The notes under the pieces: generated by a model | Databases searched by the model: none | Seen by the model: the letters and a program-made list of their open reading frames with translations, nothing else | What the model was told of the DNA's origin: nothing | Translations under genes and position numbers: made by a program | NCBI GenBank assembly: GCA_904063045.1 | Contig: CAJFCJ010000075.1 | Span: 17,611 to 81,610, forward strand | DNA length: 64,000 bases | Source: Dimorphilus gyrociliatus | Taxonomy: Eukaryota; Animalia; Annelida | Direction of reading: 5' to 3' | Shown: positions 12,297-27,200 of the stretch, piece after piece | How positions within the stretch are numbered: the stretch's first letter is position 1 | Layout of the letters: each line of letters starts with the position of its first letter

Positions 12297-15200
12297 CTGT
12301 TATAAAAAAATAAAATTAATGTCGTCTATTATCTAATCTATTCAGTTAATTCAATGTTCTCTTGCCTTTTGGAATGTGAGACAGATTGTTCGTTTCCAAC
12401 TTTCTCATGTCTCCAATATCGTTTTCATACTGAGTTAGGGCAGCATCTTTCTTAAACAAAAACGTCAGCAGAAATACAACAAATATTACTTTGATTGGTT
12501 GAACTAAAACGATGCTTTGTAAGAATGATAAAAGGAACGATATCAACCATTGTAGTGATTTCTCCTGTCCCCATTGTATAGAATATAAAATTGTAAAAAA
12601 TGCCGCTACGATTGTCGTTAAAATTGCCACAATCCATCCCAAAGGAACGGTATACTTTTTCCATTTTTTCGAACTAAAGAGTACTGTAATCAGAACCAGT
12701 CCAGGAAATACAACAACGCTACTCGCCAAACCAACATATAATTCATAGACAGTAAAAGTAACCGGACCGAATGACAATCCAACGTGACCTTTAGCCTCTC
12801 CAGAATTTTTGTAAAACATACAACTGGCAATCATTGACAAAAATAGAGCAACAAAGCAAACTGTTAATCTTTGAAATCTTGTAAATTGAGATTTAGATCT
12901 TTTCGCTCCAACCGACACCCATAAATGATCATTTGTTAATCTTTGCCTTAAATTTCTCTTAAATAATTCATCTACATTCATTATTTCCTCGTTTCTTCTC
13001 GCAATGAGAACTCTTTCTACTTGACAATCGGCGTGTATAGGCGACAACCATTGATCGCAATCAAAATTATACCAAGCATTTGCAACTTTATCAATGATGA
13101 TTATCCTTGATAAGAACCAAGGATCGTACTCTTTCGCTGAATTGTTATCTTTCTCAAGGGAGACTTTAATACAGATGATTGATCCAATAGCACTATTTGT
13201 TGTCATAATAAATGATCTTACACTTCCCGCGTTAAAGGAGACCACTTCCTGCGAAATTAATATCCTATTTCCGGTAATACTTTGACTCCCATAGCATGTT
13301 AAAGCCACTTTGGACTTGGTACCACCTTTCCTCTGATTTCCGGTGTAGACGTGTACTTCGTATTCATTTGTATCCTTTTTATAATTGTCCAATAATGGTA
13401 AAGGAGTCCAACGTAGCTTATCTCTTTTATCCAATCTTCTTACTAGTAACGCAAGAGGAATGAACAGAACAAACAACGAACATATTGTTCCAAAGACAGC
13501 TGCATTATTTGCCAATTTATTTGTAAAGTCGTTGAATATTGTATAAAAATCTATAAGATTTGGCGCCAATTCTAATTCGGCACCCAAACTCCCAAACAGA
13601 TTGCTTGTAAATTTTGTTTTCGACGCTGTCGTCTCTTCGTTGACTTTACACGAATCGCTTTCTTGCCAAACATTCCCGTTCCACAATTTACACAATGGAT
13701 AAGACATTTGAATACTATAATTGAGTATTTGCTTTGAGCAGTTGGAACACGAAACAACGGCAAAAACTGTTTGATTTACTTCCGGTCTAAGCATAATTGT
13801 TCTTCTATACTCGTTGCAATCTTCTTCTTGATCAAAATTAAATGAACACGTCTTATTCAAATTTGGTAAGATATATGACGCATTATTCATTTCTCTATTT
13901 GGTTTTAGATTATAACCAATGAGCACTGAGATTGCATCATCGCTATTTAAATTAAACGTCAGTATTAGAGCGTTCCTTGTCGCATTTAGAGTATGAATGG
14001 CTGACTGATTTGTTGTGTTTACGTATTGAAAACCTTTATAAGGATTCTTCATATTTAAACTAAGAGAGTAATTAGTTTGGGGAATATGGATACTTCTCTT
14101 CTTTCTTCTCTCTTCAATCTTTAATATTGAATTACAAGGCCGAATTTGGAATTCGGCAATGGATGACGTAACATTCAAAGCAGATTTATCCCACATATAA
14201 GGATTAATACCTGATATTAATAATGTTCTTGTAATACAAGAATGATTGCCATTTTCAAAGGAATTTAATTTTACTGATCCAAATTTTGACGTATCGCTAT
14301 CATTGTATTTAATATTCATTGAAGATATTTTCTCAATAGTGATGCTCATTTTTTCAAATTTAACATTTAAAGCTTGCTCATCCACTCTCTGTTCTAATAG
14401 CAATTCATCACTGACATTATGAATGATCTTGACAACATTTGTCATCACATTTCTCAGTTTGTCATTACTACTATTATTGAAAGTTGTTTTTGTTAGATTT
14501 GTTGCAATTTTCGAATCATCATCATCATCATTTGAGATTATATCGCAAAAGAATAAAGTTGATGATGAATTATTAACATTCATAAGGCTAATGATCTCCT
14601 CTTTATCTTGTACATCTTCCTTATAACTATCAGCTGCAGTAGTTGTTAGAATGGATGTTTCTAGTAGGCCTAAACAAAAAAGAAAAAGAATGAAGAAGAA
14701 GAAGAAGAAGAAGAAGAAGAGGATATCTCAATGATTATTCATACTTATTGATATATCCTGTTTGATTCTTTTAGAAAGTTTGTTTCTATTTAATACAGTA
14801 TTTAACTTTCCAATATGATTAGCAACATTTATCTATAAAAGTAAAGAAAAAAAAAAGAGATTTTCGTACTAGTTGCAAGAGGTTAATTGAGTTTGAAGAA
14901 TTGAACCTGCGAATTGATATCCACTTCCTTTGGTTTGTATACAAGAGTATTTACAAGTCCATTATTCTGTTGAAGCTCGTCAATTGATTTATAAGGAATT
15001 TTTAAAGTAAAATCAATCATATGTTTTCTTGCCTTAATGAACGATAAAAGAGAACTTTGTTAGACGCTTTTTTACGTATAAATACAATAATAATTCCATA
15101 CTTTCACTCTTCTCATCCTCTTTTTGCAATTATCCTCGTCTTGTTCTATTTTAGAGAAATTATTTACTACTTCTAATGATCTATTAAGATTTGCATTGAG

Positions 15201-18200
15201 AATTGATGATACTGAATAGATTGTCGAAGATACTTGACTAACGTTGCCAGCGTTCAACTGCAATTTTAAATTATCATTCGATACAATATCCAAGGTCAAG
15301 TCTAATAGTTTATTTTCAGGGATAGGAGGCGGTTGGACATGAACATCAAATATATATTCATATTGATCACCAATCGAATCAATTACGCTTATGACCGTTT
15401 CAGTAATTCCATTTTTTGGATTACCAACTGGCAACATCAAGTGTACAGCTTCCTGATTATATGAAAAGTAGAGTAAGAAACTCTGTTTTCTTCCCTGAGG
15501 TCTTGCCCTATACTCGTATTTTAAACCTGACGAATTTTTTAATTTTTTAAATTCCTGCCAACCTCGACAGCTTATTTCAAAATTGGTTATTGACGCAAAA
15601 CCAGTTCTAGGTTGGCAATTGCAATTACCACCGAACGGTGGTCTATTCATAAGAAATGTTTCATTTACTGATCCATAGTCGTTATTGTTAATTTCCATCA
15701 TTCTTCCTTCAACAATTAAATTATACAGAGTACCAGGAAGAAGAGTACTACCTTTAATTTCAATCTCATCACGTGATGTGTTTCCAGTGGTTATATCACT
15801 AAGATTATTAATGAAAGACCACGATTCATTGGCATTAATCATTATTTTCCAATTATAAATCATTTTCCAATACAAACTTGTGCATTTTGACAAACAAGTT
15901 ACTTTATAAATAATAGAAGAAGAGAGTCTTTTCTTCCAAAAACAATTCTTTTTACATCTGTTTATAGGGCCATATATTAAAAACAACAACAACAACAACA
16001 ATAGTATAATGATAGATATACCTCATTTTAAGTGTTGGTCTTTTGAATGGTTGTAAATAGAACATTTGCTCATAAGTCGCTTCTCTCTTTTCAATATTCG
16101 ACAGAATTTTAACGCTAATAATATATGTTGTATTTGGTATCATGTAATAAGTATTTAAAGTCAACTTTCCATTTCCACCATTTTCAATAAATCCAGGACC
16201 ATTTCCAAAGCATCCTCCATTTTCTTGAAATTCATTCAAAGTAGGAGGTACATTTAAAAAATCTACTCCTATATGTTTGTCATTCGTTGGTAACTTTTCG
16301 CCGATTTTCCTACAATACCACTTGAAATAGGTATCCTTCAATTTTTCATTAGGATCATTATCCGGATCGAAACTGAAGAATTCAGCATTAAATGTCTTAT
16401 TCGTAAGAAATTCGGCAGTTGTCCAATTGTTATTGTCAATGTTTACAATTAGAGGACTGGGTATTATTTCTAAATAATATTTATAAGTATTATTGGCAAA
16501 TGGCTGATTGAACATTTGTAAAAAATATTGAATTTCGTAAATTCCGTAAGACAATTGTCTTTCTCTTAAATTCAATGTTTTATTATTTGACGTAAATTCT
16601 AAAGAATTGGTATCCATTTTGAAAATTTTCCATTCGTATAGTATTCTATTTGTTTTCATACAATCCCAACTTATGTTAACTGGTATTTCAACTGGACTAC
16701 TCTTTATAACCTTGAATGGTCTATTTTGAAAAGTATAGCCAATTGGTACAGACGCATTTGGACTATAACAATACCAATCTGCGACTGTTGTTGTAAAATT
16801 TCTCTCATCTTTAGTTATATGATTAAATCCTTTGACTTTAATATTATAATATCCTATCTCTTCGTATAGATAATCTATTACAATTGTTGTTTGATCATAG
16901 GCAATTTCAGTAAAGTTTATCGACTCGCCGAAAGCGTATTCCCGACAGATGTCGTTAACGCCAAATGCCATTTTCGTTGAATATTTATCATCGCCAAAAT
17001 CAAAGATAAAACACGAATTAGTTGCCATTCTGCCAATTTTTGCAATTACAGTTGTTACATTTGTTAATAGGACGCTTTCATTAGCCGTTAATTGTTCTAT
17101 TGTTACAGCGTCTAATATAATTTCTGACAAACTCTGTAGGTTTTTAACAGACAATAAATTACTACAAATTACATTTGTAGTTAAATTGCCAATTGAATTT
17201 CTTGAAAAATAATACTGATATACAAATGAAATTTTTGGTGGCCAATTTGAGATAAATTCATGAGTTGATTCGCCATTGCTAAATTCAAATATACAATAGA
17301 TATCCTTAAGGATTTTCTGAGTAGATTCAGAATAGAGTTCGTAGGTAATAATTCCAGGTGTCCACAAAACGGAATTGTTTGCTTTTAGGCCAATATTTTC
17401 AATTCTATTCTGCACAACTATCTTAATTGTTTGCTCTTCTCTACTTGGATTATTTTCCCCAACTACAATTATTGAATAATTTCCAATTTGGTAAAATAAT
17501 AGATTAACCAGTAATGGTTGATCGCTGGCGAATATTTTTGGATGATTTTCCAATAGAACTGATGATAAATGATGTATTTTATATATCACTGACGAACCAG
17601 CTTCAACAGTAATCTTTAAAGATACATTTTCCATTATTTCGTAAGCCGGTTTTGCGATTTTAACTGATAAATTCTTAATTTTCTCAAATACCAATAAATT
17701 TAGTGAATTTTCAAATTTACTAATCAAATTCTTACATGATATTTTAACTGAAATATTTTTACCAACATCACTTTTTTCGTATTTGTGACTTTGAATGATT
17801 GACGGTTGTTTACTCACACGAAATTTATGAATTATATTTTCATTTGTTGGTTGAAAGATGCAAGAAACATTTGTTGGAGATTGTCTATGTTGATTAATTC
17901 TCATTGAAAAGTTTACTGGCTGTTCATCTAAACAACTAATGTTTGGCCCATTGATAGCAAGATCAAAAATAGGTACTTGAACAATGATTGTTGAAGGTAA
18001 CGCTGTCGCTGTTAATTCATTAACGCTATTTCTTACTAAAACACTTGCATTGAAATTTCCAGCTTTCTCGTATTTGTGGATCCAATAGTTACTCTTATAA
18101 ACTGTATCTATCAGTTTACTATCAGACTGGCCATCTCCATAATCAACAACTGCTAGAATATTAACTCCAGTTGAGAGGGAAAGTGTAAAATTCAACGATT

Positions 18201-21200
18201 CATTAACTTTGATGATATTGTTGTTGACTGAAAAATAAAGTCCAGTTATTTCCTCTTCGAGTGAAATGTTTTTTTGAACAGAATGATTAGAAACATTATT
18301 AGAGCAGTTTGCTACTAATGTTAAATGTCTCCTTTCCCTTTTATTAAACATTCTACTATATTCGTATAATACAGATGTTCCTTTTGTTAAATCAACGTTA
18401 CGAAGCAACGTTTCATTTCCATCTCCCATTTCCAATAAACACGATACATTTGTTGGTTTGAATCCATTTTCAATCGTCATCTCCACAATTGTTAAATTAA
18501 CTTTTCTAGGCTTTTCATACCGAATTATTAAATCAATTTTCTTTATTTTATGTTGAATAATTACACTTTCAACAGTTTCACTCGAACAATTGAAAAATTT
18601 ATTTCTAGCCGTAGCCATTGCTTTATATTCACCAATCATCGAGTAGGAATAATACACATAAAACGGTTCTAGATTTGCCATTAATAGAAAATTCTTCAAA
18701 ATTTTAGTACTACCATCTCCGAAAGAAATTTCATATTCAACATCGCTTCCATTTTTTAACGTTAATTCTAAAGAGATATTTTCAAAGGATGACCAATATC
18801 TATCCTGAAATTTCATATTTAAACCAATGACGTTCTGTTGCAGTTTAATTATCCGAGTACTCGTGATAATAGATATTGAATTGTTACAGGTTATTATTGC
18901 CTTTGATCTAAATTCATCGTTTAAATAGTTGTAATCAATAATTAACGGTTTAGACAAAGTAAGAATATCAGTTTTAGATATGATGAAATTTTCACCAGTT
19001 TCAACAATACACGTCATCAGTATACTCTTTGTTTCATTGTTTATTACATACTTGTAGTTTGCGTAGAAGAAAACTTGTACAGGAGGTTCATTCGGAGTAT
19101 ATTCGGTGTATATAGAAACGTGGTTCTTTAATATCGGTTCCACAAGCTTGATTAACCAACAAATTTCAATTCCGGCCTCATTCCAAGCAGTTAAACTAAC
19201 GTTATATATACCATACTCTGTGAAATTATACTGTATAATATTCTCAATTAATCCGAATGAATCTACGTGATCTGCTTTAAACCAATTCCATGATATTGAA
19301 TCTCCTCTGTCTGTAAAATTTACAATGTAATTTACATCACTTCCTTCACTCCATGTAACTGAAAATTGACTTATGGTTCCTTCCGTTAAATTATTAGTGA
19401 CAGTCCTAAGATTTAGATCTTTGATTGTTAGGCCTAAACAGTTTATATAGCTTTCAACATTCGTACAAGAAAGACTATTTTTAGAATGAAGGAGACTATA
19501 GGATGATCCATTTGCCGGTAGAACTTTGAAACATAAAAATTTGTATTTAGAGCAGAGACTTCTGGGAATTTTGAATGTGTTAATAAATTCCATTAAAATA
19601 TAACAATTGATTGATAAATTTGTTTGAATAAGCGATGAATTAACAATACTTTTATAGTATTGTACTGAATCATTCATTTCCAAATTAATATCAGTAAAAA
19701 ACAATGTAATATTAAAATTATTCCTGTTGAATGGAACGTTTTCAACGCTAAATCTTTTATCGATATTCGTCCATTTTAAATATGTTTGTAAATGTTGAAT
19801 ATAACCCCTTACTATTGTTTGTCTGGGAATAGTAAGATTTGCCTCAATATCAACAGCTGAAATAGAAGATAAAAATCAACAGATTATTGACTGCAGACAG
19901 ACAGACTATACCTGGTGTACAATTTTTATAAGGTGTTAGGTCAATGCATAAAATATCATTAGTTCTGTTACTTTCCGTAAAAGATGATGAATTTGACGAG
20001 ATAATTCTAAAGCAAATGTACAAGTCACCTTCGCACTGTGACCTTGAAAAATAAGTTGAAATTTGAATTGTTAAATTTAAAGTATTTCCGATTTTAATGC
20101 CATTTTGTTTTTGCTTTAATTCTAGTTCTACCATCTTCCAATTAGGATTTGTACTATTAATATCTTCTATTCTACTGGTTGAAACACTTTCAATATCATA
20201 ATTAAAATATTCATCGAATAATTCTATGACGTCATGAAGATTTGAAGGTAAATTCAATAAAGTAATAGTAAAAGTATGATTTTGAATAACGCTTCTATAA
20301 AACTGTTGTTGCCCATCAAGTAGAGTGATTTTCAATATTGATAAATCTAAATCTGGTTTGCAATTTACAAAATTTGAAAATATAGAACAAATTTGATTGT
20401 TTGCCTTATCCCATTCCAGATATTTGCTGTAAGGCGATTCCAATACATTAATGCAGATATACGTCTTGTTGAAACATTGTAATTTCGGAAAGTTGAAGAA
20501 AACTGATAAAGATATAGTGGCTTCACCCCTTTTTGATGAATTTTTTTCCATCCTACTAAGTAATTCTTTGTTTAGTCCATGTTCCGAAAATAAGCTTACG
20601 TTTTTCCTCCATTTTGCGGTTAGGTTACTACTAACTGAATCGGAAATATATATTGTAAAATCATAGTTGGTTATTGGTAAAGTTGATTCGATGATTGGCC
20701 AACCAGCATTATTCACTAATAGGGCTGTTAAATTTACGATACTCTCTTCCTCCCTGATAAACTCACCCTCAAAGTTAACCTCCTTCAAAAGAATGTCTGT
20801 AGCTATTATTTAAAAAAAGAAGCGTAATGTTAATAAAAATTCAAAAAGCCTAAAAGGTATAAACAGTTTAGAAAGCCTACCTCGATAACAATTGTTATCT
20901 TTGCGAATAGTGTAGGCGGAACATTGACATGAATAAGGTAAATAATCCAAATCATAGGGTTCTTTTTCCGGAATACAAACTGTATTTTGTTCAAAACAGT
21001 TTGAATCCGAATCGCAATTTTCGCCAAAAGCCTTTTCCATTTCTGTTAGAATGAAACAAAAAAAAGAGAAAATGATTAAAATAAATCAATTTTATTCAAT
21101 AAGAAGAAAAAAGACTTTTTACTTTTTGTTTTTGTGTTAATTTCAACTTCGCATAACGTTAATCTAAGATTTTCACCTACCATCCAGATACCTAGATATG

Positions 21201-24200
21201 AACCTTTAATAGATTCATCGTCGCAGTCAATTGTCTGCTTTACACCAGCTCCAATAGCTCCAGTGTAATGTTTGCATAATCTAAATACTGAAGTATCAAA
21301 ATGACTTTCATCAAACGTCTCCGAGAGACCTATTGTAAAGTTGGATAATTCGGAAGCTATTGTTTTCGAAAGATAAAGAATGCTTAACAAGATTTTTACC
21401 ATTTGATTATAAAAAAAAAAAACAATTATACAGTGTTTGTTTGTTTTACTCACAGCAACAATCTTTCCTATTCGCAACTGTTATTCCTGTGACATTAAAA
21501 ACTTTTTGTAAATTGACAACCCACCAAGGATTGGTTGTAAATTCCCCCATTGCGCAATAGCCTAGTGTAGCATCACTAAGTGATATGCCATCAATTGCCA
21601 GATTAGCTTTATTGTCCCCTTTAGTTGTCTTTTGAAAAGCTATTTTACCAAGAGCAACATTATCTAAAAGTGGAAAAACAGTTTGTTGTTTGTATATGAA
21701 TAATACATGGAAATCGATTTAAGAGAAAGCTCTCATAGTCCTAGGCGTAAGATCTACGCCTAAAAACAAGGAACTACTTTCTCTATCAATCAATTTCATT
21801 GAGTTAACTAACATTTATGCCGTGGCTTAATTTTAAAAATATACTTTTCAACTTGAAATTGGTATTTATCATTTAAATCAGTCATATCAATTGACCAATT
21901 AGAAATGAGGCCTAGCAGATTCGATGTAGAACAAGAATTATTTGGAAACCACCAACCACTATTTGTATTTTGTGCGCAAGATAATTCATTGTCACTGTCG
22001 ATTGTGTAAAAATTGGCAGTATTTAAAAAGTCGGCTGATTGAGCACTGCCACTTAAGAATTTTGATATGGTTCTTGAATATAATTTACTTTCTGATTCAA
22101 TAAGAATTCCTTGGAATTCATTGTGCACGTGACTGCCATCTTTCGACCACATATCAATTCTTCCATTATACTCTCTAAAATTTGTTAAATAGCTCGCTAA
22201 TTGGTTGCCAGCCCAGAATTCTTTGTCATCTTCATATCCATTCTTATAATCAGACCAAGATTTTGGCAATAAACCATCCATTGATAGCTTTTGTCCAAGA
22301 ATTGTCCAATCTCCAAAACATTTTAATTTAGCACTCTTATCGGCTCCTCTAACATAAAAGTTAGACGACGATTGCAGCGATAGACAATCTGCAATAAATT
22401 CAACGCAACCATACAATTCAATTTGCATAGCGAAATATAAATTCTTATCAAGAAGATTGAATTTAAGAAAACGGGTTATTAGATTAGTTTTAAATGTATA
22501 AAATCTTGCGTAATAGTGATTGAACAACCCTTGAAAAACACGATTATTACTGATATCCCAAGAAATATTCTTCCAGTCTACATTGTTTAAAGATGATTCT
22601 ATTGTGAAATTTTTAACATATCCGGGTTCATTCAATTTTCCTGTTCCTTGTAATACGAACGAAGAGATTGTCAATGATTGATCGAAATAGAAGAGGATCC
22701 ACGGATTTAAATCTTCATTGCTAGATCTCCAAAAACCTTCCGGGCCTTTTCGAACGTGCAGCGGTAGTTTAGTTTTATCCGTTGATGAGTCGTATTCTGA
22801 AGAGACGTTCCATTTTATTCCCAAAACCTTTTCTTCAATAAGCCTTTGAAAGCATTTACCTAATTCACGAGAAAAAGGAAGGATCAGGTCACGAAAGATG
22901 ATTGAATGAATGAACAAACAAACCAGGATAAACAGTTTCAAAGTATAGTTTATCTTTATCGTCAACGTCTCTTTTGAGGTAAGCGTTTTTTGAGTAGGTA
23001 TTTGACGAATAAAGTATACAATCCTTTGTATTTGTATCAAAAGCAAATGAAATACAAATAAATCTGATCTCTTCATTACACGCCATTAAACAGTCAAATC
23101 TGGTATTAAAGTCACTTTTATAAACCATTTTACTGCTAGTTGCATTTAATGAAGCTGCATCAACAACTGTCCACAACTGTCCAATTTTTTCATTAACTGG
23201 TACTGCAAAAATTTTCCTTTTCTTATTAATAAGACCAATGGCAAAAAATTTGTTTACATATTGCCTCTTTTTCACAAGATATTAAAATATTGTCTAAATT
23301 ACAAGATAGCTTTATCCAGAAACCAGACAATATGTCAAAACCTCCACAACTACCGGATCCTTTTGATGTGTGCCATCGAATTATCTCGTCCGTTGGTAGA
23401 GTACTTCCATCAGGCCAGGTATATTTACCAGTTTTATATGTTAATCCCATACGTGTTTTTTGCGAATTTCTAATTTTAAACAATTTACTCGCTTTTTTGT
23501 GCAGTGACAGATAAAAACAAACAGTTAAAAAAAAGGACTCACTTTGAAAAGAAACCTTGAAGGAATACATTTAGAATTTCATCATATTTCGGTGAAATTA
23601 GGTTCCCTTCACCAAGCCATGGTATACCTTTACACTGCTCAATTGAATTGGCATACGTGGCTGGTGTAGAAAATGAATGAGAGATGCATTTTCTACCAAA
23701 AACAAAATATCCAGGCGGACATTCTAAGAATGGTTAATTAATTCAATTAGATTAAATACTAATATTTAGTGTATAGACTGTTCTATACCTGAGTACTTTT
23801 TACAATGAATAGATATTTTCCAGCAAACGAAACTTTCACTTTGAATAAAGAGCGCAACGTGTACAGCCATTATGGGAATGGATAATAAAACTTGGTGTAA
23901 TGACTAGAGATTGAGAGAATATTTCAAATTTAACATTCAACATTCAACAGACAACAACAAAACACCTTACATTCGACTGTAAATGATCAATGCCATTTGT
24001 ATAGTTATACCAGTCAACAGAGTTGATTGAGTACTGAATTGTTAATTTCATAAGTTGGGTTGCATTGGAAACTATTGAAAATCCAGTTACTGTGTAAACC
24101 GTTTTAAAATTTAGACTTATTTTAATTGGTTGTTGTTGTTGGGTAAAATGTTTAGGGCATGCTAAATTAGCATTTTCATTAATCAATAAACTTCCCCAAT

Positions 24201-27200
24201 ATATTGAATTTCCTTGAACAGAATCTTCTTGGATAAGGATTCTTTCTAATTCATTTGATGGATTCTTTACTGGATCTTGTTCTGTATACAAAACTGCAGA
24301 AATAAGACGCTATTCTTAACAAAATCTACTCGTCATATTTACGTTTAATGCAGCCAATAATTTCCAAGCGTAAAGCTTTCTTCCCTAGCCATTGTTTTGG
24401 TGTGAACCTCATAAATCTTGATTCTATTGTATTGTTAAAAAGTAACAAGTACTTCATATTTCTCGTCAAAGTAGGATTACTTCTAAGATAAAGTGTCTAA
24501 TTGTGAAATGGACTAGATAAGACAGTTAAGATTATTAGTAAAGTGTCCTATTTACTTTACGATTTAGAGGCTCCTCATACATTTTCCATCCATGAATTCT
24601 ATATAATGAGTACTCGACCGAAAAGTCGTAAATATAATACTTTTGATTTTTACAGGATTGGGAAATAAAACCTGTAACAAGGTATACATGACCTAAATCT
24701 ATTTGTATATAGTCATTTGGTGGTGGCGAATTGGTAATCCAACAGTTTACGCTATCCAGTTTAATATTATATATATAGTAGGGCTTGGTATAAGATGGAG
24801 AAGTTATTTGCGAAGCATGCATTTGGTTTGTGTTGCCAATACCCAGTGGATGGTTGCATTTAGGAGTAAAAATTGGAATTTCATCTTCATTTAAATATCT
24901 TCCATACAGTTGAAGAATAAGAGAAGCATAGTTATTTTTACTAGTTGGATTGAATCTTAACGACTCACAAACAATGTTTGGAGCGAATTCTATATGATTA
25001 TAATAATCTGAGCTTTCTTGTATAAAATAATTCTGTTAAAGTAGTATTTTCCATAAAAATCATGAATGTTTTCTTAAATGATCTATTTAAAGCCTTACAA
25101 TTATATCACCGTCCTTATCCCTTATGGCTAACCATTGGTCATATGAAGATCTTTTGTAAAAAATCTGCGCTGTCTTTGTATATTGATTAAAAGAATATCT
25201 GCCGGATGTAGTAAAGGCAGTTAATCTTACTAATCTGTTAAAATTCACTTCCAAATAGCATTCGGTGCTCAACGCTAGCGAGCACACTGCTGGTACGTTA
25301 GAAGTGCGACTACTTCCCACCAAGTAATTGACGTGTATGTGATTATACGCTCCGTAAATGTTGACTGTTACATTAAATTCTTGTTCACTTTCGTCATTTC
25401 CTTCCGGCATTAATCTAGAACTTTTATCATCAAAGCAAAACTGCTCTAAAAAATTAGTGTTTACTTTATAACTAAATTTCGTTATGTCATATTTTAACAT
25501 GGAACTCGATATATTATATAATTGGCATTTTACCCGTTTATCCAATCTGTACGCGAATATTTTGTCATTACTTGCAAACTATTCATTTTTTTTATAATAA
25601 TACATACACAAAATGCCATCCAACTGAAATACACCAGCTACGGGAGAGACAATAGTCCAAGCAAGTTCTCAGATAGGTATGATCTATATACGCTTTAGGA
25701 CTAACCAATGGATTATAATTTGGCTTTAGACTATATATAGGCTGACATTTTTCCTCAGCAGTATAATCTCTCTCATCGTCTGGTACTGTTGTTTTTAAAG
25801 AATGAAAAATTGTTTATTGAATGTATTAATTATTAGAAATGATGAATAATTGTATACAATTTGGTAAAGTTTCGCACATTGCATATGCCAAATCATTGCA
25901 AGTGCTTCTATCAAAGAAATCTCTAGCGATAATACAAGGCCAAGTGTAGACAGGAACATAATTTGAAGCTCTTGTTAAATAGTTTGTAACTTTTGTTCCA
26001 TCCAGCCAAACAAATTTATCCAGCGTTGTTTGCTTAGCACCTATATAGATACCGTACATCTTCTTACTAATGAAAATATAAGCAATTGCTCATTAATCAT
26101 ATAGTTAAACATGTAAATTTTGAATTTTTGTACTTCAAAACGAAATGTCTTTTAACAAAGTCTATCTCTATTGTAGTTTTTGGCATTACCAAATTGCCTT
26201 CACCTTTCCAACTAAATCCATTCTGACAGAATTTACGACACGCCTCAAACGTTCCTTGTACATCGGAAGTTGTATAACATTTATTCAAATTTCTTACCGA
26301 ACCTGGTGGACAAACTGGCGCTTTTTCACCAAAAAATTCAAATCTCATACATTCTTCGTGTCTTTTATTAAAGTTTAGGCGGATGAAGCGAAACCTCAAA
26401 GCAGGCGACGAGAAAATAACAGTTCTATTCATTTCGTACTCACACGTTATTTCCTATTCAAAAACACATACAAAAGAAATATATTATCTAATAAGATAGC
26501 GGTGACTGTTGAAAACGGCCATTTTGGAGCTATTTTGGTTTGGTAATGAATGAAGGAATGATGGGTTTAGGATCAATATTTAAGCAATTGATTTGTAATC
26601 AGGTAGGTTCAAACAAATGGGTTAGCAACGATGGAGAAGTTAAAACAGGGTCCAGGGATATGTTAGGGTTATGGTAAAACCACAAAACTGTGGCCGTTAT
26701 TCAACATTCATCCAAAGATGCCATTATTAAAAATTCACCTCTTCAATTCTATTCATATTTGTTTTATTGTACTGAGCTCCATATATTAAAGTATCATTGC
26801 AGTTATCCCATTGTAAGCTTTCTTTATAATATATGAAAATCCTTTCTATATAGTATATCACACCAAAGTCAACAAACCACCAAGCACCCGTGTCACTGTC
26901 GCTCATACACCAAAAGGTATCTTTAGTATTGAGTGCCATTTTAGGAGAAGTAGCCAAACTTTTGTAGGATGATGCAATAATGATCTTAGGGAATTTATCA
27001 GTTGTATTCAATTTTGGATGTTTAGCTGGATAACCATACAACTCCATAGTAATACTACTAACTATATGATACTCTCCAGTATAAGTGAATCTTATATAAC
27101 GAGCGATAATTGGCTGATGAAATACCAATTGAAAAAGTTGGTTTGAATGATGAACAGTATATTTTTTTATTTCTCCATTGTTTGTTGTATGATCGTACCA

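Noticed and set aside
14690-14722. (GAA)n tract
   Set aside because: Ordinary intronic microsatellite acting as the pyrimidine tract on the minus strand.
21808-23076. ORF 21808-23076 as a stand-alone 422-aa gene with a hydrophobic N-terminus
   Set aside because: Its first ~72 codons are the PAN exon read in another frame plus intron sequence. The real exon starts at the acceptor at 22859 and splices in frame on both sides.
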